DNA of 64,000 bases from Malacoraja senta (lineage: Eukaryota), in NCBI GenBank assembly GCA_038087875.1, contig CM075982.1:60698001-60762000 (forward strand), written 5' to 3'. Positions 11,666 to 24,035 of the stretch are shown here, in pieces. Below the pieces are notes generated by a model. The model made no database searches. It was not told where the DNA came from and saw only the letters and a list, made by a program, of their open reading frames with translations. The translations under genes were made by a program, and so were the position numbers. Position 1 is the stretch's first letter. Each line of letters starts with the position of its first letter.

Positions 11666-11849
11666 TGTAGTATACCTTTATATTATTATTTGTAACCATA
11701 TTTTGGTGGTGGAAATAAATGCCTTTTTATGCCTTTTTTGTCAATAAATGCCTTTCCCATGTCTTTTTTTAGTAATTTTATTATGCTTTTTTGCATGCCT
11801 ATTTCAGAGATTTTTAGCGCCTAAACATCCTGGCTCTAGTTATAAACTA

Positions 11850-12130
11850 CAGTGGCACAGCTTGTAGAGCTGCTGCCTCCTGGTGCCAGAGACATGGGTT
11901 TGATGCTGACTTCAGGTGCAGTCAGTGTGGAGTTTGCACGATCTCCCTATGACTGCGTGGGTTTCCTCTGGGTGCTCCGGTTTCATCCCACATTCCAAAG
12001 GTTTGTAGGTTAATTGGCCTCTGTTAAAAACAATAAAAGATTCTCTTAGTGTAGGGAGCAGATGCAAAAGTGGAATAACATAGATCTAGTGTGAATGGGT
12101 AATTGATGGTCGGTATGGACTAAACTAAAC
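11850..12130 (+). mobile_element. V-SINE (HE1-like tRNA-derived SINE)
   Basis: tRNA-like head (gtggcacagc..gtagagctgctgcc...gggtttgat), V-domain (ggagtttgcacg.tctccc...gggtttcctctgggtgctccggttt) and (taaac)n tail. Confidence 0.8.
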
Positions 12131-13449
12131 ATTTTGAAATGTAAGCACTGCTGTGTTTTAGACAAAATATGGGTGATGAATTTGTACACATTTGTTATTT
12201 CGATAATTGTATGTAAGATTAATGGTCAGTTCCGCATTGTTGTGCATTTAGATAAGAAACAGTGTCCAGGGCATAGTGAGAACTTGCTACAAGAAAGCGA
12301 GCAAGCAGGACATTTCATGCCAATTTCAACAATGAGCATTCTCTTAATATTGGAGAGAAATGCTAGTTCATGCGTGTGAAGCGATTACTTTCTAAGATAA
12401 GACCACTGTAAATTGATGTTGAACTTTTTGTTGTTTCTTGATCCATTTTTGTTAATACATTTCAGTATATTTCCAAAAATGTATGTACCTTTCAGGTGAT
12501 TTTTCTATAATTTCAAGATTGAATATACCAGTGCTTGAATGGCATTGCATTTTGTTTTAATTCATCCCGAGAACCATATCCTCCACCTGTGCTTTCTTCA
12601 ACAGTCTGCGTCGGGTTGGCTAATTTTGTTCTGGTTTGGTGTACGTTTCTGGTGCTTGTGCAATCATGGGGAACTAGATTGAGAATGCCTCACCTCAATT
12701 TACATATCCTTGGATATGATGAAGAGAGGAGTTTTTCATTGTACCAGACTGATTGCCTTCAAATCCAAGTCCTAAATGATGGTGTTGAAAAACCATTGTA
12801 CTGTCTAAATTTAAGGGATGTTTTAAAAGTGGCAGCAGTTGGGAATTGGACACATTTCACTGATGAGGCTCGAAGGAAAGTGTCTGCGAGGCACTATTGC
12901 AACACTCCCCCAAGCCTGTACTTTCCAATTGGGAGGCTTTTTTTCCCCCACTTCAAACTAATTCCACGCAGCTGCATTATATTACTCAAGAACCAATGGA
13001 AAGATATGGTGGGACAAGTTTCAAATTAAAAAGACCGACCCTAGTCAGAATGTGCACAAAATAACTAAACGGGGAATCAATAACAGCTATTGAGTGTTCT
13101 TGTCCAGGAATCGTACGCCTGACATTAACAAATCACATCTGCTCAGTGAAATATTGTCAGCCAGTGTTTTAGAGTGAAGCCACTAAAACCAATTATTTTG
13201 TTAAGTAAATTTAATGGAATAATCACTTGATTCCTCTTTTTTTTCATCCTTAATGTACTAATTATTTCATAATAAAGCTCAAAAATCCTCTTGTAACTGG
13301 ACCTCAAAGTATACCGATCCAAAGACTGCCGCTGTGTTTAGGAGTTGCATTCTATGCCATAACATCATGCTTTTGGGTCATTGCCCCGGATATTTGCAAG
13401 GCCCATGGTACTAAATCAGCAAGGGTGCAAGGAAGAGTGAAGTAAAGAT

Positions 13450-13623
13450 GCGAAGGAAGGAACTGCAGATACTGGCTTACACTGAAGATAGACACAAAAC
13501 TGAGGTAACACGGCGGGTCAGGCAGTATCTCTGGAGAAAAGGAATAGGTGACGTCACCTTTTCCTTTTCTCCAGAGTTGCTGCCTGACCCGCTGAGTTAC
13601 TCCAGCATTTTGTGTCCATCTTC
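13450..13623. mobile_element. Penelope-derived palindromic mini-insertion with 14-bp TSD
   Basis: TSD agtgaagt(a/t)aagat at 13436-13449 and 13624-13637; arms inverted around gtgacgtcac. Confidence 0.8.
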
Positions 13624-13719
13624 AGTGAAGTTAAGATAATGGGTGTGTAAAATGTTGAGGTGGTTAGCCTCATGGGCAGACTGAATATCAGTGAAAAAGT
13701 TTCTGCAGAGATCTGGCAC

Positions 13720-15060
13720 TCAAGTCAAGTCAAGTCAAATTTATTGTCGTCTGCATAAGTACGATGAGGTACAGGTAAAATGAAAATCCTTCTTGAAGCA
13801 GTAAGATATTGACTCGAACAACACACCAAAACCAAATCACACACTGATTCTACCATGAAAAGAAAAGAACTACATAAACAAGACATTACGCAAAATACAA
13901 TTAAAACACAAATCCTTGGTAGTGCAAGTGGTGGTCCATGGTGTAACATTGCTGAGATAGTACTACGGTTCTACACAGGGGCGGAAATCCAAGGGACACG
14001 TCCCCTCCATGTTTTGAGAGGTGGGGGACATCCCCCCCCAAGTTTTTGTAATCCGGATTTTAAAATCCGGTGATCGAGGGCGACGATTGGAGGAGAGAGA
14101 CGTCGGTCAGCAGGCAATGGGGGCGGGACATGATTCAGCGCGATGATTGGAGGAGGAAGTAGTGGGGGGGGGGTGGGACTGAGGATAGAGCGCGGTGATT
14201 GGAGGAGTGAGACGTGGGCATAGACCTGCACCTCATCCGCAGGCAGGATCGGGTCTCCGGCGCTGTCCTGTCCCCACCCGAGTGGCCAGAGAGGTCGGCA
14301 GCAATGATCCTCCGCTATAGGATCTTTGGTCGGCAGTCAGACGAGCCAGCGCAGAGAAACAGCGCTAAACCCAGCTAACTCTGCCTGTCCCGCCAGGTGA
14401 GCTTACAACCCTTCCTGGACTTGCGGGAAATATGGCCAGCGCGGAGAAGCAGCGCTGGTATCCCGTCAGTCCAGGCAGGACCGTAGCTAACCCGGTGAAG
14501 ACAGGCAGCGTTGAGCTGCATTAGAGCTGGATTGAGCCTCCGAAGCCTCGCGCTTGTGTGTGTGTGAGTGCGCATGCGCGCGTGGTCGCCAAAAAATTGT
14601 GTTCCCCCGTCCCCTCCATGTTTTGATAGCGAGATCTGCTCTTGGTTCTACAGGTTGATTCAAGAACCTGATGATTGTAGAAAAGTAATTGTACCTGTTC
14701 CTGGTGGTGTGGCATCATCAGAATTGCCCAATGACATCAGCGAGAGAGGCCATAGCCTAGATTGGGGGGGGGGGGGGCGGTATCCTTGAAGATAGATGCT
14801 GCCATATTGAAGCAGCACCTTGTGTAGATACTTTGGATGGTGGGGAGAGCTGTGCCTGTTGAGGAACAGGCTTCGCTCACCACTCTGCAGCCTCTGGTAT
14901 TGCTGCACATTGGATTTTGCTGTACCAGGCCTCAACCACCAGGGTACTTTCTACAATGCATCTGCAGAAGTTTGTTAGAGTATTCGGTGATGTCCGAAAT
15001 CTCTTTACCTCAAAGAAAGTAGAGGCACTGGCGTGCCCTTTTCATGATTACGTCCATGTG
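13720..15060 (-). mobile_element. Rex1/Babar-type LINE 3' end, interrupted by a hAT MITE
   Basis: On the minus strand, degenerate KRARQCLYFL...TLTNFCRCIVESTL followed by aataaatttgacttgacttgacttg tail. Confidence 0.7.
13976..14644. mobile_element. hAT non-autonomous element
   Basis: Perfect 8-bp TSD gttctaca (13968-13975, 14645-14652), degenerate TIRs caggggcgga / tctgctcttg, and repeated subterminal gtcccctccatgttttga. Confidence 0.75.
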
Positions 15061-15097
15061 CCGACTTCCCAGAGAGAACTGGAAAGGGGAGATCATC

Positions 15098-15240
15098 AGA
15101 GGAGGGGGTGGGAGGAGTGAGTGGGTGGGAGGAGTGGGTGGGTGGGAGAAGGGGGTGGGAGGAGTGAGTGCGTGGAGGAGTGGGTGGGTGGGAGAAGGGG
15201 GTGGGAGGAGTGAGTGCGTGGGAGGAGGGGTGGGGGGGAA
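15098..15240 (+). repeat. G-rich low-complexity repeat (GGGTGGGAGGAGTG-like units)
   Basis: Imperfect tandem gggtgggaggagtg(agt) units. Confidence 0.75.
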
Positions 15241-15385
15241 ATAGAAGGGAGATTGCAGGTGATCAAGGTTAGATTGGCAGTAAAGTAAGTGAATTACAAA
15301 TGAAGGAGAACAATCAGTTTAAGGGTGCATCAGGGAGACACCGTCTGTTTATAGGGACGTTAATAAGGTAACTTGGTGAACTACA

Positions 15386-15662
15386 TTTAGTTTAGTTTGG
15401 AGATACAGCTGGGAAAGATGCCCTTCGACCCACCGATCGACCCCATATACAAACACTATCCTACACACTAGGGACAATTCACAATTTTATCGAAGCCAAT
15501 TAACCTACATACCTGTACATCCTTGGAGTGTGGGAGGAAACCGGAGCACCCGGAGAAAACCCACATGGTCACAGGGAGCACTCCTTACAGACAGCACCCA
15601 TAGTTAGGATCAAAACTGGGTCTCTGACGCTGTGAGGCAGCAACTCTGCCACTGTGCTATCC
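15386..15662 (-). mobile_element. V-SINE (HE1-like)
   Basis: Reverse complement of the 19788-20110 SINE, including the (taaac)n tail. Confidence 0.85.
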
Positions 15663-16019
15663 TCAAACTGTGGCTACATCTGTCCCATAAGAAGTGCTAG
15701 AGAAGCATTTTAATTTAATTTGTCCATCCAGCCTCTCTTTAGTTTCCAAGCCCTGGCAAGCCAACCAAATCTGGAAGAGCGATAAAAAGACAATGAATAG
15801 CCCTTGTCCTATCGAGGGGCTCGTTAGTTCACCAATCTGCATGCCCCAACTTCATCTTTGTATCTTCAATAGTAGCAGCAGGTTTAAGGTGGTGCGGACT
15901 GGAGTTTGGAATGATCAATCCATCAGTGAAACTCCCATTTTTGGAGGTTGGAATGACACCCCCATTTGTTCTAATTTAAACCTGCCTTGCTAGTTCCAAT
16001 GATTCAGATGCATGTCAAA

Positions 16020-16215
16020 TTTGCATGACACCCTTTGAAGAATGATATAATTTCCTTGTGCACTGGTCAGCACTCTCCCTTTGGCCAACGTCTCCAAAAG
16101 ATTGATTAACTAGATGCTCATTTAATTACTTTATCATCGTACATACCAACAGTCACTGCATTAGGGTAATTCATTATGTATAAATCATTTTGTACAGAAA
16201 GAGAAGGCACTAGAT
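16020..16215 (+). mobile_element. Ancient Deu-domain SINE remnant (SacSINE/AmnSINE-like)
   Basis: Loose match to the recalled Deu-SINE body (catgacaccctttgaagaa...cagtcactgcatt...taattcatt..tgtataaatcattttg). Confidence 0.3.
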
Positions 16216-19200
16216 GGCTGACAGTTCACTTGTCTGAATACTTTTTTTGCAGATTTAACAAATTAACTTCAATGTCTGTCCTGAATGTTATATTCAAAAT
16301 GTATTTTTTATTTTTGCTGTTCTTTTATGTGATGTTCTCGGTATAACGCCGATGAAAAAGGATGTAAGAATCACCATTGTTCTCCCGTTCTTCACTGGCG
16401 ATATCAGCAGTTGCCAAAGTGAAAGAGATAAATTGTGATGCTCACCTTCTTGGTCAAGCTGATTTGTGCCAACTCCCAAGACTGAAGGCACAATCAATTG
16501 TAGAGCTTGGCTTGAGTCATACATCAGTTCACAACTGTCCAACTCCATGACGTGATGACGGACTAGTTCTTCCCAGAAACCAATACAGATAATATAGGCT
16601 TTGAGATAACTAAATCAAAAAGGTCGGTAGTTTCAAATACTTGCCATGAGGTATCTGGGTTTCTGTGGTGGATTTACTGCGTTTCCGAAGCTAGTTTTTG
16701 AAACATGACCTTTTTTTCACCTAACCTCACTTCTCATCATCCACTGCTGTCCCACTGCAGCGAACAGTAGACGTGGTTGAACACACAGCCTCTGAAAACG
16801 ACGCCGTGGTTTGCTGGCATTCAAACTGTGCACACATTCATCAGAAATCCTCCTCTCCATCACTTCGGTGGGGTGCCAACCGCATGAAATAAAAAAAAGT
16901 GAGGAATTTCAGTCAAGTGTAAAGGATATCTGTACGCTCACATCCCACGTGTAACATCAATACCGACATTTTTTTTCACTTCACATTAGAAATGTACTAA
17001 AAATGTAAACAGTTATCGTGTTCTCCCAATCTTTACTTTATGAAGCTGCAGTGGTTTTGAGAATGCTTCGCAAGCCAGCTCTTTCTTTTAAGAGACTGAG
17101 TAGTGTTTTTTGCTGGATAAAAGACACTTTCATTCTAGTACCATTTATTCACTCCAATACATTACTTATAATGGGCATTTCTGAGGATTAAGAGCTGCAA
17201 TGTTTCTGTTTTGTTGGCACTAAGACACGGTCATGCACAGTATTTCCTATAAATTATTAGCACCACAACGACATTTGTTAAAAAATTTGAATTCTTTTAC
17301 TGTCTCCTGTTTTCAAAATTTGTTATAAATATGTTTCATAGAAATTACCATTTATTTTGTTCCCCTGCATCCATAATTTTAGTGCCTCTGTCTACTATAT
17401 AAATATAAAGGATGGATTTTCCAATAGATTTTACATCTCTCATCTGCCAATACTTCTGTTTGTCTTTTATTCATTTTCCAGGATGCCAACTGTCCTTCCT
17501 CTTATCTGTATTTTTCTCATTCGGTGGTTATGTTTCAGAACTGTAAATTGTTATCTTTCTTTGGTCTTTTCCTTTTGTGCAATTTTTACTCATTCTCTCA
17601 TCATTCATCTTGATAAGCCTCCAACTGTAAACTCTTAACATGGGGTTTACACAATTGCATGAACGAAAAGCCAGAGTATAAATGGTTCCCACTCCTTCCA
17701 CTGCACAGAATGCAGCTGGCCTCAATCTACTTGACATGACAGCATCTTATATCAAATGATAAAAACGTAATCTCCAAATGAAAATAATGCAGCTCATTAT
17801 GTGGCAAAACATCATTTAGTACTAAGACAAAAGCAAGCTATTCAACGGAAACCTAGAGAACAGCAGCATACCCTTCGCACTTCAAGAGTTAATTGATCAC
17901 AGCCATTCTGGAGAGGCTAACGTGTCAGTTTAACCTTCTGCCTGGTACGGTGAATGCTTTTTAAGTGGTGGGAACAGCAGCTTTTTGTACAGAACATGAA
18001 GTGCTGAGAAATGTTTCTTGTAATGCATTATTAAGGATGTGTTAAGGTTGTTTGAGCGGAGACACTATGGAACAAAGTAATGCGGTTGTAAAAATGATAA
18101 ACAAGAATTCGGGCTGTATTATTTTGCCCATAGCAAACTGAATGCGGCTCAGGGCAGTGTGGTAATTGGATAAAATGCTTCAGCTAAAATCTGCAGAGTT
18201 CATTTTCATTCCACTGCATTTGAGACAGGCATGCCACAATATTTTGTTAGTTCAGTACAGAAAATGGTTTGGCAGGAAATATTCAATGAGCAACTTGGAC
18301 TGCTCAGCTTATGCACTGGTAAGTTAAGTATAGGAGGCCTGTGACAATGACATTGTGCAATGATATTTGGTATCAACAGGATTTGAGACAGAGTAAGCTA
18401 CCACACGGTATGCTCAATTTAATAAAGAAAAAAATCATTCATCTGTTTGGCTGCTTCCTCTAAAGGGAGCATTTTCTCAATGCATTCACCATGTGTTGTG
18501 CAATGATTGCATAAATGGAATACTTCATTCACCATGTTCCCCCCAGACAGTTATTGAGAATTGAGGTTCTTGTCGATCTCTGAAATCCAACAGCACAACC
18601 TATAATTTCAGACCTTTGATGGAGCATTCTTGTGATCGTTGAAGAAGGAATCATGATCTCTCAAAAATGAACGTGTCGTGCAATTGTGAGTAATGACCAC
18701 TCACAACGCCTTCTTTCAGTTCTTTTTAAGGAAGCATATGTTAAAAGCAGCATGTCCACTGTGAAACTGATTTGATGTTGGAGCAACTTCATTAAACCGT
18801 ACCTTCAGTGATCTTCCCATTGTGACCATAGAACGCTAGTTCAACTCTCTCACACTGCCAATCTTTGTATCTCCTCCAAAGTGGTCACCCTGATTGTTAT
18901 CATCAGTGCTGTTAACCTAATATATCACAAAATTAAGTCATTGGGAATCAAATAAACAAACAATAAAACTCATTGCATTCATCACTTCTTTCCAGGTAGG
19001 CTATGGAGGCAAACCTTAGATCAACTAACTTCAAATGAATCCAGTTAAGATGTAACTGACACTTATTATTAACACAATCCAGTTACAATTAAGTCGTGTC
19101 AGTAATTCTTGCTGATTTCTCTCACATATTTTTGTGAAGATTTGAAAAATATGTTTAGATATTCAATACATATTTAAAATTCTTAAGTGGAGTTGGGATA

Positions 19201-19319
19201 TCTGGTCAAATGTATACATCTCTATTTTTTTTAAAATAATTTGGAAGCTGCTCTGAAATGTAATGTCAAATAATTAATTTATATATGAGTATGTATAAAC
19301 GAAACATGCATTACCATTA

Positions 19320-21100
19320 ATTACTTTCATGACTGATCCCTATCCTTTCTATCCCTTTGCCATTTTCCAGCACTGTCTTGATATCCCTTGATTCCTTTAA
19401 TGCCCAGAAATCTATCAATATGCATTTTGAACGAATGCAACAAATAAGTCTCCACAGCCCACCAGGGCAGAGAATTCTAAAAGTTTGCCAGGGCTCTCCG
19501 CCAAATATTTCTCCTCATCTCAGTCCTTAACAGCCTACCCTGTATTCTCAAACTGTCTCCTGGTCCCAGACACCTTAAGCAAGCAAACATATCCTTTCTT
19601 CTAGGCCTTGATAAACTTTGTTTATTAAGTTCTCCCATTCTTCTAAACTCTAGTTAATACAGTGAATACAACAACCCTGGAACCTGATGCATCTTTGCCG
19701 CACGACTTTTATGCCAAGCATATTCTTAATTTGGTAAGAAGACCAAAACCATACACAATACTCCAGCTGCAATCGCAATGGTGACGAGGGGCAGCACAGT
19801 GGTGCAGCGGTAGAGTTGCTGCCTTACAGCGCCAGAGACCTGGGTTTGATCCTGACTATGGGTGCTGTCTGTACGGAGTTTGTACGTTCTCCCCGTGACC
19901 TGGGTGGGTTTTCTCCGGGTGCTCCGGTTTCCTTCCACATTCCAAAGACGTACAAGTTTGTAGGTTAATTGGCTAGGTACAATTGTAAATTGACCCTGGT
20001 GTGTAGGATAGTGTTAGTGTGCGGGGATCACTGGTCGGCATGGACTCGGTGGGCTGAAGGGCCTGTTTCCATTATGTTTCTCTAAGCTAAACTAAACTAG
20101 ACTAGACTAGATCCTGTGCAAATACAATAATATTTCCTTCCCCCTTTATTTAAATCCTTTTGTAATTAAGGCCGATATACCATTTTCTCACTTAAACCGA
20201 TTGCTGTTTCTGCACAAGGTGCAAGCACACCAAAGTCCCTTTGAACATCAACATTATCCAACTCTCAACAATTAACATGCATTCCATTATTCTGTTTTAT
20301 GCAAAAAGGAAATAATTTCAGATTTCTCCTCACATATTCCATCTGCCAGGTTCTTAACCACCTATTCAGTTTATCCATATATTTACATCCACCTCAATAC
20401 TCACGGTTCCACCTCGTTTAGTATCATCATCAGATTGCGAAACACTGGGATTCAGGTACTAGATTCTGTGGTACCTCATTAGGTTGAGCTGCCATTCTCA
20501 GTCTTTGCTCTGCATCTGATGACCAATTCTCAATGTTTGTCAGCATTTATCCCCAATTCCATGTGCGCCTTGATGACCAACCTCCTGTGCAGGTCCTTAT
20601 CAAATACCTTTTGAAAATCCAAGTGCACCACATGTATTGGCTTACCCCTTATCTATTCTGCTTGATACCTCCTCACAGAACATAATTTTATTTTCACTAC
20701 CTGCTCTGCACAATCTTGTTATTTATCAAGGTCTTCATTATAGATTACTGCATTTCTGTTGGGTAACAGGTCAGTAGTTTCATGTGTTTTCTCCCTCTTT
20801 TACTGAAAAGATGTATCACCTTAGTCCTAATCCACAGGAACAATTTCAGAATCCATAGACATTTCAAAGAGGATACTATCTCAACAAACTCTGGAACTAA
20901 GATTTTAGGCATTTATCCACTTTAAAACTGCCCAACTTCTTGAGTATATTTTTGATTGATACTAATTCCTTCATTCCTTCTTCTGTCTATTCCCCTGGTT
21001 CTCTCAGATGTTCTGTGTGTTCTTCTCCAAAAGCAGATGTATAGTCATTATTTAATATTTCTACCATTTTATGAGTAAGAGAAGTTTCATTGCTGTAATT
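19320..21100 (-). mobile_element. Old CR1 LINE (RT region to 3' end), split by a SINE
   Basis: Minus strand of 20596-20630 reads VHLDFQKVFDK (RT motif); CR1 3' end-like sequence at 19320-19560. Confidence 0.6.
19788..20110 (+). mobile_element. Full-length V-SINE (HE1-like)
   Basis: tRNA head with A/B-box-like motifs (gtggtgcagcggtagag / gggtttgatcct), V-domain, CR1-like 3' tail and (actaa/actag)n. Confidence 0.9.
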
Positions 21101-21164
21101 TTCAATGATTCTTCACCAACACCAGAGGTGACATCAATGTGTGAAAGGTGGTTTCTTGTATTTC

Positions 21165-21410
21165 TAAACACCTGGGGGACAACCTTTTCACACAGAGGGT
21201 GATGGGTATATGGAACGAGCTGCCAGAGCAGGTGGTTGAGGCAGGTACTATAACAACATTTAAAAGACACTTGGACAGGTACATGGACAAGAAAGGTTTA
21301 GATGGATATGGGCCAAACATGGGCAGGTGGAACTAGTGTAGATGGGGCATCTTGGTCGGTATGGATAAGTTGAGATGAAGGGTCTGTTCCCATACTGTAT
21401 GACCATGTCC
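21165..21410 (+). mobile_element. CR1 LINE 3' fragment
   Basis: NLFTQRVMGIWNELPEQVVEAGTITTFKRHLDRYMDKKGLDGYGPNMGRW. Confidence 0.85.
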
Positions 21411-23564
21411 TCTACCTGTAGACTGAAGCAACTAAATTTCCTTTAGAGGTTGCGCTCCATGCAAAACTGGGAGCCAAACTAGCTGAAATACATCCGATAT
21501 TTTAAGAGCACCTCTGCTTGATGGCTCATCCATTTGTTTGATGCATGATTTATATATTTTGCATTGCTTTTTTGTTTGAGGTCATTTGGAGGATGTTCCG
21601 AGAATATGATATCGGGTCAGTGTCTAAGGGTTTTCATCTTGGTTTTCCAGACAAGCGAGTTAGCATTCTTGTAAGAGGCTCAATGATGCCATTGGATATG
21701 GGACCTCCCTGCTGCACATGTTCAGCCAAATACTCCGTGGAGGAATAGATTGTTTGCAAAACCACCACTGGGAAAATCCCTGTCAGGGCCTTTAAGACCT
21801 TAACTGATAGAATGAGCTGGGGTGCATATTGAAAATAAGGGGCAAAAAGTATCACAGGTTTAAGCCATGCACTTGTAAAGTATCTCTGTCTCTAAGGACA
21901 TTTCCAGATCAATCATTAATTCTAAGAGATTCCCGATTTACCTGGCTTTAACTGACTTGGAGTAAATAAATAATTTACTGCTTAGAATTTTTCAAAACAA
22001 TTACTCTGCTCATTTTTTTATTGTAATTATCTGTAGTTGTAAGTACTTTGGTGATTTAGAATTGCTACCTATGGTAGAGACAGGTGTAAATGGTGACCTA
22101 TGATCAGGAGATTAAATTGCAAGAGATAATTCATTTCATATTCACTGTATTGCTGCAGTCTGGGCAAAAACCTCTCTCTGTGCCATTGATTAACTACACT
22201 CAGGAAATCTGTTCCTACTCATATTGATAAATGTGAGGAGGAAAACTGTTCCATTGAGATTGCACTTGGTTCTAATTGGGATGACCTGAAGTGAATGTGA
22301 TTCTTCGCACTTTTCCATTCGCATCTGTCCTCTTTCAGTTCATACACCAGACGTCAGCACAAAATCAGTGGCATTGTTTCAATGTGTCTCCACAGTGACA
22401 GCAGTGACTTTGTGTGATAAAACTACATCAAAACCCCTGGGTATTGCTTCCAAATTTATATTCTTTAAAAAAAAATGAAGCCGAACACATTAATCCTATT
22501 TGCCCAACGATGTCAATTTATGTCCAATCTATTGCTGGGTATCTAAGTTTAGCATTTCCACATACGAGTGCTCAAATATGTTGATGCAAAATCGTGCAGA
22601 AATGATAACAGGATGCTGGAACAAGGCACCCACCTAGGTGGCACAGTGAATATACCATGCACTGCTGTGTACAGTAGCAAGAACTATATTCATAATGCAG
22701 AAATGCATTGTAAAGGGATAATTTTAAAGTTACCTTAATGCCAGTTGCCGCACGGCTAAATATACTGTTTTATAAACATTAACTCAGATTCAAGTGGCTA
22801 AAATATTCACCACATCTGGATTGAATTGACATTGTCTTTCCAGGAAGGATAAAGAAATGTCATTGTATAGAAGCAGTAGTGGTGAAGGCATATTATTGCC
22901 TCAAACTGAGGAAACGGGTATCTATACTGCATTTAATCTTTGATTTCTTGATGCCAATGCATTTGGAAATAAAATTTCTGCAAAGCATGTCATTCCCCAG
23001 TTCTATCATGTAGTACTCGGCGAGCATAGATCATGTCCACAAATTAAACTTTAAGCAAGATGCAGGAATTTAGTAGTTGCACATTAGCCAATAAACATTA
23101 AAAATATTTTTGAATATAGAATCTAAACAGATAACTAGGTAACTAGATATGCTCAGAGATTACATTCAATGGATGTTACATCAGCATAAAATGTTTCCTT
23201 GACAAGGTTATCATGTCCTCTGAAATGGTGAGGGGATGAATTTTCCTTCTGATCCCATTAAAAAGTGTAATCTAAAATGTATTTCAAATACTACTTCTCT
23301 TTTATTAAGAAGCTCATTGTGGGGGGAAAAAAACAGATAGCCGGACACTAATTTCAAAGCTGAAGAATGGAAAAGCTGGATGTCTTGCCAAACTATTGCT
23401 AAATGTAAATTATCCTTCCCCCAGCCAGGAGACCCTCTGCAGACAGAGGATAAAACCCATGATGTTAGTGGGCTCATATGTATGACTCACTAAGGCTACG
23501 TCAGGTAGTCAAGGCATTTCCTTTGATTTACCTGACTTCAGAGGTGCAGCATCCTAATTTAAAT

Positions 23565-24035
23565 TACATTGCAGTGTTATTGAGGCATCCGGTGCACTGG
23601 TTAAATAGAGTCATTGAATCAAACAACACAGAAACTTCTTTCCAGCATAATGACATCCTTCCTAAAGTACGGAGAGCAAAACTGAACATGATACTCAAAA
23701 TGCGGCCCCACCAATGTCTTGTACAGTTGTAACATAACGTTCCGAGTTATATACATTACCCTTCATGATGAAAGCCAATGTACCAAAAGTCTTCCTTATC
23801 ACTCTATCTAGGGCACCACTTTCAGGAAACTATGTACCTTTATTCCCAGACATTCCCCGCGTCACCCCACCCCACCCCTCTCCCTTCCCCCTCAATTCCA
23901 CAATACACCGCGAGGTCCTATCATTATTCCTGGCCAGGCTTGACTTCCCAAAATGCAACTCCTTGCACTTATCTGCATTAAACTCCATTATCCGTTCCTC
24001 AGCCCACTTGCCCAGCTGATCAAGGTCCTGCTGTA
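23565..24035 (-). mobile_element. CR1 LINE fragment (RT C-terminus, internally deleted)
   Basis: LQQDLDQLGKWAEERIMEFNADKCKELHFGKS on the minus strand. Confidence 0.75.

Larger units (their letters stand above)
10092..11838 (+). mobile_element. Internally deleted hAT-superfamily DNA transposon (CGGBP1-like transposase)
   Basis: TIRs cagagccaggat / atcctggctcta. Perfect 8-bp TSD gttataaa (10084-10091, 11839-11846). Many subterminal aaatgccttt-type repeats at both ends. Contains a transposase remnant. Confidence 0.87.

Noticed and set aside
12535-13029. 164-aa plus-strand ORF
   Set aside because: Non-ATG start, no recognisable domain and no convincing exon signals
19788-19860. tRNA-like sequence with A/B boxes (also at 11850, 24367, 42573, 44504, 46801, 56062)
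   Set aside because: These are SINE heads that continue into V-domain and LINE-like tails, not tRNA genes
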